From assembly GCA_973895155.1 (NCBI GenBank), contig OZ316896.1:23393722-23457721 (forward strand): a stretch of 64,000 bases of DNA. The letters are read 5' to 3'. Shown one piece after another: positions 20,759-30,402 of the stretch. Numbering within the stretch: the stretch's first letter is position 1; every line of letters starts with the position of its first letter. A program made the translations under genes and the position numbers. This DNA is from Marsupella aquatica (taxonomy: Eukaryota > Plantae > Marchantiophyta). Under the pieces are notes generated by a model. The model made no database searches. It was not told the DNA's origin and was given only the letters and a program-made list of their open reading frames with translations.

Positions 20759-23700
20759 TGTGATGCCTAGACAGGAATCACTCGGCCAGTTAAGTGGGTA
20801 AACCAGGAAGGCACCCTAGGAACACCTTAGTATAGGGACAAAACAAGGAAAATATAAACCATTAGGGGCAACCATGGAACCCGGGCCGAGGCCGGAGGTA
20901 AGGACGCTGAGGGTGAAAACTCGATTAGGGTTAGGGCGCGTTAAGCGTCGGCAGCTAGGAAGGATCAACGGGAAGAAGGACCGGCAGAGGAGAGGGGTAA
21001 GGAGCGCTTGCAGGAGATGGTGGCTCATATTGCGAGCACGAACTAGGCAGACGACTACGGGAGGCCAACTACTGTCAGCTGCTTAGGCAAGCACTCGGGG
21101 AGAGAGTAGATATCGACGATCGACCTAAGGAGGGTATGAGCAACGTCAATCAAGCGGCACATTTCTGGGGATGCCTGTTCGAACGGGCAACTGAGTACAT
21201 CAAGACTTACGAGGACGAGGAATCAGAAAGGGCAGCTCGAGAACGGCAGGAGCTCGCTCGATTGTGGGAGCTGCAGAAGACGGCTTTCTTAGGAGGCGAA
21301 CTCATCAAGGACGAGTTCCTGTGGACGCCTACTTCCAATCAACTCGACGATCTTCTGTTTTGCAAAGACAGCGTCGTCGGCATCCAAGAGGCCATCAAGA
21401 ACTGCAACGACATACACTGGGAATTAAAGGGAAGCACGGAAAGGTGGACCCAGGCAACGGTGCTAGGAGAAACCTCCACGGCAGCAGGGATGAAGAGGAA
21501 GGGAGCCGTCAACGATGAAGCCACCCCGACAAAAAGAACGAGGTCAGCGGCACCAAAGAAGCCAGCCGAGCAGCAGAGCAGGAGGCAGGGAGAAGCCGAA
21601 GAGGAGGAGGTCGATCCCATCAAGGCCATTCCAACCAGGGATGACACCTGGAAGGGCTGGGCGGCAACCCTACCGGTGGAGGTGCAACTACATTTTGCAC
21701 GGGAGGAGGATGCATGCTTCACGGCCATGCAGACCAAGAAGTACCAAGGCTTCATGGCCGGATCCGGCTTAGAGGCCTTTGTAAGATTACCATGGCTGAA
21801 GCCGGAGGTACCGGAGTCAGACCTATTAGAATTCGTGGGGTCATGGGAACCCGAGACCAATTGCACGAGGATATATGGGAAGGATTTCTATCTTACTCCC
21901 AAGGTAATTGCCGAAGTGTTTGGCTTGCCGATAGGCAATAAGACCAAAGTTGATACCAGGAAGACCTTGCCTGACAAGGAGTTCCGGTCGTTCCCTGGGC
22001 CATCAACGAAGAATGGCTTCTTCCGGAACACCTGCACCAACCCGCACATAGGAGAGATGATCGACTTCTTGCGGGTGACCATGCATTGTAACTTGCCGAG
22101 GGCAGAGATCGGCAAGGCACAGGTCTATCTGGCAGAAAGGCCAGACCCAAGCCGGGACTACAACGGGTACCTCCTCAACCAATTGAAGAAGATCTTAAGG
22201 GAGGAGCAGCAGGTAATCGGCATGGGGAGCGTGTCGCGGCTTGGCTATCACATGCCGCTGTTGTGCCGGTATGCCAGAGGTCAGACTTTTGCCCCGGTAC
22301 TCCCCCTGCAGGTAAGGGCACCCGAGGAAGCTCCAACGCCGAGGCCGTTGGCTGAGAAGCCTCAACCACCTGTTAGCCCTACGATCGAGCAGGTGTTTAG
22401 ACCCAGGAAGGAGGACTTGCCGATGCAGCAACCAGGCATGCAGAGTCTGCTGAAACTACTGGAGAAAGAAAAGAAATCGGCATCGGCAACAACAACGGCA
22501 ACGGCAACAATGCAGGACACTACTACAGAGGTAGGCCTACACCGGCTCACAAGAGAAAACCCCTTTGCTGGAGACAAGGAGAGAATCAGGCCGGAATCCA
22601 AGCCAGGTGTTCGAATGTACGTGGGAACCTCAAGCTCTGAATCTGAGGCAGAATTGCCTGAAGCTCCTACCGACGAAGAGGAGAGGGAGAAGCCGGACGT
22701 CCAAGAGGTAGAGGAGGCAGTGGAGGACTGCAGCCATGATAATTCCGGCTATGGGTCGGACCATCACGTTCCAGGAGTAAGGACCTGTGGCCGGTTTGTC
22801 CCCACACTTCCAAGGGTAGTGCGAGGGGACCCCAACCAGCAGAGTAGCCCTGAGTCTCCCCCACCAGATGTTGCTCCCCCGAGCTTCGACGGCATAAAAC
22901 AGACGGTGCAGGAATTTCAGGAGCGAATCAGGCAGGAAGAGGAGGCAGCCCTGGCTAGGGAAAAGGATTTACCAGGAGGAGATTGGCCGGAGGACATCAG
23001 GTGGCTAGCCGAAAAAGGAAGCAAACCTCTAGCCACGATTGAAGAGATCCGCAGGACGGCTTGGGAGCAGAGGCCGCGATGGGCGATGCCGATCACTTCT
23101 ACTTACTCCACCTACGCTAAGAATAGAGCCATGGAGTATGGTGAGATGTGTGGGGAACTTGCGCTCGGCATCTTTGGAGAGGAGTTGGAGGTAGGACCCT
23201 TTTTCCATAGGGAGCAGTTGGAGAAGCACCAATTAGAAGAAGCGGTGGCTTTGGAGAGAAGCAAGAAGGACGAGGTCATTCGGCGGCTTAGGAGGATGGA
23301 AGCCGAGATTGAAGATCTAAGGGCGGCCAAGAAAGCCCAAGATGAACTGCGGATTAAACGACATGAGCTGAACATCATGCAGGGGCAGTTGGACACCGCG
23401 CAGGCTGATAATCAGAATATCAAGGATAAACTGACTCAGACGCAGGGAGAGTTGGCCGACACAATCAAAGAGAGGGAGAAGTGGAAGCAAGAGCTGAAGA
23501 ATACAGAGGAGGCCCACATAACAGCCAACAGCCGGGCCATGGCGGAGACCCAAAGAAAGGAATGGGCGTTGAAGGGGGAGCTCGAGAAAATCCGCGGAGC
23601 CCTTGAGCAGAAGGAGGCCGAGTTAGGGAAATCCTATCAAGGGATTATGGCGTTGCAGCAGGAGCTTGCGTCCCTGACGGCCAGCTTCAAGGCCGACCTA

Positions 23701-25422
23701 AGGGAGAAGGACGAGATGCTCGAACAGACTTACGCCAAGATGAACCAGATGGAGTCTGTCATCATTGCAGAGCTCGACAAGGAGCTAAGAGCAACCCGGG
23801 AGGAGAGGACTACCTTGAAACAAGAACGGGAGGAAGCCCAGAAGGAACTAGAGGAGGCAGGCAAGGACCTGGATGAGACCCAGGAGGAGTTGGAGGAAAT
23901 CACGAGGAAGATGGAGAACCTCCAGCGGCGGGCCGACAACCAAACGGAGCGGCTGAAGAAACAAGCCGCAGTATTTAAGTGCTTGTCTTCATCAGGCCCA
24001 ACTCCAATTGGGGCAACCAAGTTACCAGGAGTGGTACTGGCCGAAGAAAAACCCGTGCCAACTGCACTAGTGCCGGAAGTAAGTGGCAAGGGGAAGGGAC
24101 CAGCGGCCGAACCAGAAAAGAAGAAAAAGCGGAAACCTTCAGGGTCAAGGAGTAATCCGACTCCACAAGCCGTGGTGACCAAAGAGGTAGAACCAGCACC
24201 ATCCTCCGGCATGAATCCAGCAAAAGATCCCGCTATCATCACAGGTGGGGGTGGTGCGGCCCAAGCCGAACTACTCAGTAATGAGGCCGGTATTCCAGAT
24301 CCGCCTCTTGAGCAGGCCGGGGAGGCCGTAGCCGAGGCTGAGGCCGTAACCGATTCCCGAGCCGATGCCGACGCCGATGGTGGACCCAGTCAGGCCGATG
24401 GAGAGTTGACTCAATCAAGGGCAGGTAATCTGTCAGGGAATGAGCCTACGGCAGTGGCTGAGGAGGAAGCGTTGGGGGCGTCCATTAAGGATCCACCACC
24501 GGTGTCGTGACGGTGCAAAGGCGCCGTTCCTTTTAGGGAGGGCGGACGTGGAGGGAGGAGGCGTGAGTGGGCAGGGCGGGCGCGGATCTCCAAGTTTAGG
24601 ATTAGGATCAGGACCAGGAGCGGCCCTGACACTTAGCTTAGTGGGATTGCGGTCCCACTGGTAGGAGCAACACTTGTGCTCCTGCCTTGCTGTACATAGG
24701 TAGATTCGGGCAAGTAGATTACTGTTAAGTAGATTAGGCTTACGATGCAAAGAATGGTGGATCCACTACCAGGATAAGTACCTGGGCAGCGGGGAGCTCA
24801 GGGCCTCTTCTTTAGCAAGTTTTTAGTTTGCACCAGCCGGGCTGGGATCAAGTAGTACGAGAAGCTCTCGGTTAGTCATACAGTGACCCTTGTGTATATT
24901 CATGTTTCCTCATGCCTAAGAGCTGAATAGAGTTGGCCTCACGGCTTAGTTCGCAGAACTTGTGTATGAGATGTACTGTTTGTATGGCAAGTGCATGGTA
25001 TGACTCAGTCAGAATGAGTCATTTTGCTATTTGTGTGTCTCATTAACTTGTGTGAAGAGTGCCCACATCAACCAAAAGGAAGGAAAGTAAGCAGGGGAGT
25101 GAGAGTTGGATGTGTCGAGCTGAGAGAGGTCTTAGCGGCTTAACCAAGCCTATTGGGGATCATTCCGGCGGCGGAATCCAAACATACCTAACAAGACGGA
25201 GGGGAAGATAGGGGAAGGCCTAGATTAGGCCGGCTACGTATCTCATGACCCGATGAAGGATCTGTCCAGTATATGTGTGTAAAATGTTAATAGTAGTAGT
25301 AGAAGGTTAGCAGCGTCCCATGCCGCTAAGCCGCGGAAACGGCCTCGCCAAGCGCGAAACCCGCGGGAATCGGCATGAGCTGGGGGGTTTCTTGGGTTTA
25401 GGGAGCCATGGGACGCACCACA
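20759..25422 (+). mobile_element. Family-A solo LTR, 4664 bp
   Basis: TGTGATG...CACCACA ends with 5-bp TSD ACCGG (20754-20758 and 25423-25427). Both ends match the PPT-adjacent and PBS-adjacent termini of the proviruses. Confidence 0.95.
21136..24510 (+). CDS. Intact 1124-aa LTR-encoded protein (PMD/Transposase_32-like core, basic NLS-like clusters, long coiled coil)
   Basis: Uninterrupted ATG-to-TGA ORF wholly inside the solo LTR. Contains LLEFVGSWEPETN...LTPKVIAEVFGLPIG, KRKG..PTKRTR and KKKKRKP. No obvious transmembrane segment. Confidence 0.88.
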   Translation: MSNVNQAAHFWGCLFERATEYIKTYEDEESERAARERQELARLWELQKTAFLGGELIKDEFLWTPTSNQLDDLLFCKDSVVGIQEAIKNCNDIHWELKGSTERWTQATVLGETSTAAGMKRKGAVNDEATPTKRTRSAAPKKPAEQQSRRQGEAEEEEVDPIKAIPTRDDTWKGWAATLPVEVQLHFAREEDACFTAMQTKKYQGFMAGSGLEAFVRLPWLKPEVPESDLLEFVGSWEPETNCTRIYGKDFYLTPKVIAEVFGLPIGNKTKVDTRKTLPDKEFRSFPGPSTKNGFFRNTCTNPHIGEMIDFLRVTMHCNLPRAEIGKAQVYLAERPDPSRDYNGYLLNQLKKILREEQQVIGMGSVSRLGYHMPLLCRYARGQTFAPVLPLQVRAPEEAPTPRPLAEKPQPPVSPTIEQVFRPRKEDLPMQQPGMQSLLKLLEKEKKSASATTTATATMQDTTTEVGLHRLTRENPFAGDKERIRPESKPGVRMYVGTSSSESEAELPEAPTDEEEREKPDVQEVEEAVEDCSHDNSGYGSDHHVPGVRTCGRFVPTLPRVVRGDPNQQSSPESPPPDVAPPSFDGIKQTVQEFQERIRQEEEAALAREKDLPGGDWPEDIRWLAEKGSKPLATIEEIRRTAWEQRPRWAMPITSTYSTYAKNRAMEYGEMCGELALGIFGEELEVGPFFHREQLEKHQLEEAVALERSKKDEVIRRLRRMEAEIEDLRAAKKAQDELRIKRHELNIMQGQLDTAQADNQNIKDKLTQTQGELADTIKEREKWKQELKNTEEAHITANSRAMAETQRKEWALKGELEKIRGALEQKEAELGKSYQGIMALQQELASLTASFKADLREKDEMLEQTYAKMNQMESVIIAELDKELRATREERTTLKQEREEAQKELEEAGKDLDETQEELEEITRKMENLQRRADNQTERLKKQAAVFKCLSSSGPTPIGATKLPGVVLAEEKPVPTALVPEVSGKGKGPAAEPEKKKKRKPSGSRSNPTPQAVVTKEVEPAPSSGMNPAKDPAIITGGGGAAQAELLSNEAGIPDPPLEQAGEAVAEAEAVTDSRADADADGGPSQADGELTQSRAGNLSGNEPTAVAEEEALGASIKDPPPVS

Positions 25423-27153
25423 ACCGGCCACAGGTCCTTACTCCTGGAACATGATGATCCGACCCATAGCCGGAGTTATCATTGCTGTAGTCCTCCACCG
25501 CCTCCTCCACTGCTTGGACTCCCGGCTTCCCCTTCTCTTCTCCGCGGGTAGGAGCCTTAGGCTGTTCTGCCTCGGATTCGGAGCTTGAGGCTCCCACATA
25601 CATTTGAACTCCCGGCTCGTGTTCCGGCCTCCTCCTCTCCTTGGCTCCGGTAAAGGGGTTTTCCTTCATGAGTCATCTTAGGCCTACCTCTGGGGCAGCG
25701 TCCTGTACCGGTGGGGTTGCCGTTGCCGGTGCCGGTGCCGTTTGCTTTTCCTTCTCCAGCATCTTCAGCAGATTCTGCATGCCTGGTTGCTGCATCGGCA
25801 AGTCTTCTTTTCTTGGCCTAAACACCTGTTTGATCGTAGGACTAGCAGGCTGGTTGGGCTTCTCTGCTGCCGGCCTCTGTTCCGGAGCTTCCTCTGGTGC
25901 CCTTACCTCCAGGGGAAGTACTGGGGCAAAGATCTGACTTCGGGCATACTGGCACAACAGCGGCATGTGATAGCCAAGCCGGGATACGCTTCCCATGCCG
26001 ATCACCTGTTGTTCCTCCCTTAAGATCTTCTTCAATTGGTTGAGGAGGTACCCATTGTAGTCCCGGCTTGGGTCTGGCCTCTCTGCCAAGTAGACTTGTG
26101 CCTTGCCGATCTCTGCCCTTGGCAAGTTGCAATGCATGGTCACCCGCAAGAAATCGATCATCTCTCCGTTGTGCGGGAAGAAGCCATTCTTCGTCGATGG
26201 CCCCGAAAATGACCAGAACTCCTTGTCAGGCAAGGTCTTCTTGGTATCTACTTTGGTCTTATTGCCCATCGGCAAGCCAAACACTTCGGCAATCACCTGG
26301 GGAGTGAGATAGAAATCCTTCCCATACACCCTCGTGGCATTGGTCTCGGGCTCCCATGACCCCACGAATTCTAATAAGTCTGAATCCGGCACCTCCGGCT
26401 TCAGCCATGGGAATCTTACGAAGGCTTCCAAGCCGGATCCGGCCATGAAGCCCTGGTACTTTTTGGTCTGCATGGCCGTAAAGCATGCATCCTCCTCTCG
26501 TGCAAAATGTAGTTGCACTTCCTCTGGTAGGGTCGCCGCCCAGCCTTTCCAAGTGTCATCCTTGGTTGGAATGGCATTGATGGGATCAACCTCCTCCTCT
26601 TTGGCTTCTCCCTGCCTCCTGCTCTGCTGCTCTGCTGGCTTCCTTGGTGCCGCCGACCTTGTTCTTTTTTCCGGGGTGGCCTCTTCGTTGCTGTTTCCTT
26701 TCCTCTTCATCTCGGCTGCCGTGGATGTTTCTCCTAGCACGGTTGCCTTCGTCCACCCCTCCGTGCTACCCTTCAACTCCCAGTGCACGTCGTTGCAGCG
26801 GTTGATGGCTTCCCGAATGCCGACGATCCTGTTTTTGCAAAACAGAAGGTTGTCGAGCTGATTGGTAGTAGGAGTCCACAAGAACTCGGCCTTGATGAGT
26901 TCTCCTCCTAAGAAGGCGGTCCTTACCCCTCTCCCTGCCTGGTCTTCCCCCCCATTGGTTTACCCCTAGCTGCCGACACTTAGCGTGCCCTAACCCTAAC
27001 CGTGTTTTCTCCCCCGGTGTCCTTACCTCCGGCCTCGGCCCGGGTTCCATAGTCACCCTTAATTGTTTATATTTTCCTTGTTTTTGTTCCTATACTAATG
27101 TGTTTCTAGGGTACACTCCCGTTTTCCCACTTAACTGGCCCAGTGATTCCTGG

Positions 27154-30100
27154 CTAGGCATCACATAGCTCCCCACTTAATTGTGAAGCGTCCTTGCGAA
27201 CAACTTCATCTTCGTCCATATAGTATTCTTGAGGCGGTCGTAATGGATGCGAACTGGGTATACCTCTCCAGTAATGTTGGCTAATTGTACCGAGCCATTG
27301 GAGAACTTCATTGCTACCCTGAAAGGTCCTAACCAGCAAGTGTAAAGCTTCCCCGGAAACCTACTATACCTACTGTCATAAAGTAATACAAGATCTCCTA
27401 TGTGAATACTAACTGGTTTCAACCTCTTATCATACTGTTGCTTCATGGTATTTTGTCTATGTTCTATCCTCTCAGCTGAAATCATTCTTGCCTCTTCTAA
27501 AGCTTCTAACCTATATTCTCGCTCCTTTAGGCTTTCCTCCTCTGAGGCTCTCTCCTCAATTGTAACTTGAAATGTAGGAATCTCAAGTTGCATGGGTACC
27601 AGAGCTTCCTGTCCAAAGGTTAAGAAAAACGGTGTATGACCGGTAGTGGATTTATAGGCTAAATTGTAAGCAAAAACAGCAGCAAACAATTTATCATCCC
27701 AATCGAGTTTGTTCTGAGCTACCGTCTTGTTCAATATCTTTCCTATAATTCCATTTGCTCATTCTGTCAACCCATTTGCCTTTGGATGGTAGGGAGTAGT
27801 AGGCCTATGTCTAACTAAATACTGCTCATTTAAACGACTAATTATATCATTCAGAAAATGGGTTCCTCTATCACTAACTAATTCTAGGGGTGCACCATAC
27901 CTGGTGAAGATTTGCTCATACATGAATCGAGCCGTAGTAATTGCATCATCCTTCGTTGTCGGCCTGGCCTCTACCCACTTAGTTGCATAATCCGTGGCCA
28001 GGATTATGTACTTGTTTCTTCGAGGGTGGGTCAATGGTTTTAGGGGTCCGATGTAATCAATACCCCACTTCTCGAATGGTGCCAGAGGTAGAATAGGATG
28101 CAGTGGATGTCTTGTGGATGCCCTTGGTCCTCCCGCTCGCTGACAAGGATCGCATTGTTTGATAAACTGATAGACATCCTTGTGCAAGGTGGGCCACCAG
28201 TAACCGACATTTAATATCTTTTTAGACGTGGTTACTGGAGCAAAATGTCCCCCGGCCTCCTCCCATGCATGGCCCGTAGGGCTCATTTTACCTCTCCTTT
28301 TTCCAAACACCTTTGAATCGTGCCGCTGATTCCATGCCTGTGCAATATGCCCTTAATGCACTGATACTGTCTGACCTTCCGCAAAAAGACTGCGGCTTGC
28401 TCACGGCTGAGTCCTGGCTGTAATCTGGAAGTGCTGAGAAATTGTAAAATCTCAGGGTACCATGTATCAGCTATTTCCACAACGAATAGCTCCTCGTCGG
28501 GGAATCGATCATCGATGCAATCCGTGGCAGGTTCACCTGTGATCCTTGAAAAGAAGTCGGCATTGGCGTGTAGCTTTCCCGGCTTGATTTTTAGCTTGTA
28601 GTCAAACTCCTGTAATAGCAAAATCCATCTTGCTACCCTGCCTGTAAGGTCCGGCTTATTGACTAGGTACTTCAAACTTTCATGATCGGTATGAAAGATT
28701 ACTTTGTACCCTAGTAAATAATGCCTAAACTTTTTACATGAATAAATGATTCCTAATGCTTCTCTTTCTATGGTGGAGTAGTTTCGTTCGGCATCGGCAA
28801 GCTGGCGGCTTGCAAAGTATATGGGATGGTCCCTTCCTTTCTCATCCAACTGACTTAGTACTGAGCCGATACAGAAGCCTGAGACATCTACAAAGACATA
28901 AAAATCCTTGTTCCAGTCTGGTGCTATCATGACTGGAGCCTCTACTAACATCTGCTTCAATTCTACCACCGCTGTTACTCGTTCTGGTGTGGGTTCAAAG
29001 TCTGCACCTGCCTTGAGCATGTTGGTTAATGGTAAAGCTAGCTTGGCAAAATCCTTGATGAACGGCGATAATAACCAATGCAACCCAAGAAGGATCTCAC
29101 ATCCTTTATGTTCTTAGGTTGCATGATATCTAGCCACACTGCTAGCTTACCTTTGTCAATCTCAATGCCCTTCTTTGATACCTTGTGACCTAGTAGCACC
29201 CCCTCTGTTACTGCAAAGAAACATTTATCTGGGTGTAACTTGAGACCTACCTCTCTGCATCTCAAGAAGGTTTTCCTGAGGTATTTAGCATGTTTTGATG
29301 CCTTCCCAAACACTGCAAAGTCATCAATGAAGATTTCTATGAACTTTCTCAAGTAGTCATGGAAAATGTTCACCATTAATCGTTGGAACATCGTTGGTGC
29401 ATTACAGAGTCCAAACGACATACGATTGAAGACATAGATCCCCCATTCCGTGATGAAGGCCGTCTTGATTTGATCCTCCTGCCTGATCCTGATTTGGTTA
29501 TAACCCGAGTAACCATCCATTAATGAGTATAGTTCATGACTGGCTACCATATCTAGTACCATATCAGTAAAGGGTAAAGGAAAATGGTCTTTTAATGTAG
29601 CCTCATTCAACTTCTTGTAATCCTGACCAACCCGGATCTTTGGTTTACCATCGGGTCCAGCTTTCTTGGGAACTATCACAATTGGAGACACCTAGTCTGA
29701 GTGTAGGATTGGAGTGATGAATCTGGCTTCCACTAGTTTATCGATTTCAGCCTTGACCATCAGAGAATACTTAGGGTTCATCCTTCGAATTGGTTGTCGA
29801 AATGATTTGGCCCCTAACATGAGATAGATTCGGTGTTCTCCTAGTTTTGGGTCTACTCCCTTCAGATCTTGGTGACTCCATGCGAACACATCCTGGAATT
29901 CAATCAGTAATTCACTGATCTCTTTCTCGAGCTCAGGTGTTAGGTCCCTCCCTAAGTTCAGTTCCCTTCCTTCTCCTAAGTCGAGCTTTCGGTATTGCCG
30001 TGCTTGGATCATATTAATCTGCTTCTTCAAATTCGGGTCCAGCTCGGCTTCCAGCCTCTCCAGTCTCATACCTCCATAGACTGGAATCTCGGTTGTACTA

Positions 30101-30402
30101 GCCGAGTTGGTTGACTTAATTTCTCCCTGGTCATCAACAGACTGTTCCCTTGCCATTCTGCTTGGTTTTGATTTAGTTGTCGGCTTCCCTTCCTGACTCG
30201 GCTCTGGGTTGTTCCCATGCATCTCATCTATTCCTGCTTCCTGAGGGTCAGGCTGTCATGCTCTTCCTGCTTCTAGTAGGGCCTCAATTTGCTCTGCCCT
30301 CGAGATCGGCTTGTAAGCTGATCCCCTTGTATTTAATTTGTTGCCGATGATCGATGGCGTTGTGGATCCCGTCGGCTCTGCCACAACGCCTGAGGAAAAT
30401 CC
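27154..30402 (-). pseudogene. pol of element 2 (RT, RNase H, integrase) with stops and frameshifts
   Basis: Fragments 29692-30222, 29038-29691, 28283-29083, 27759-28310 and 27177-27734 are collinear with element 1 pol. Confidence 0.92.

Larger units (their letters stand above)
19901..27165 (-). repeat. 3' LTR of element 2, split by a solo LTR; carries a decayed LTR ORF
   Basis: Starts TGTGATGCCTAG at 27165 after the PPT. Sequence is continuous across the ACCGG TSD. ORF fragments at 25673-26881, 25307-25669 and 20146-20466. Confidence 0.85.

Noticed and set aside
20925-20936. Telomeric array TTAGGGTTAGGG
   Set aside because: Only two units. At most a telo-box-like promoter motif.
21136-24510. 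Envelope glycoprotein or host SMC/myosin gene
   Set aside because: No signal peptide or transmembrane helix and no ATPase motifs. The ORF is intronless and always embedded in LTRs.
25000-25270. Hammerhead ribozyme (retrozyme) in the LTR
   Set aside because: No CTGANGA...GAAA core with proper helices was found by eye.
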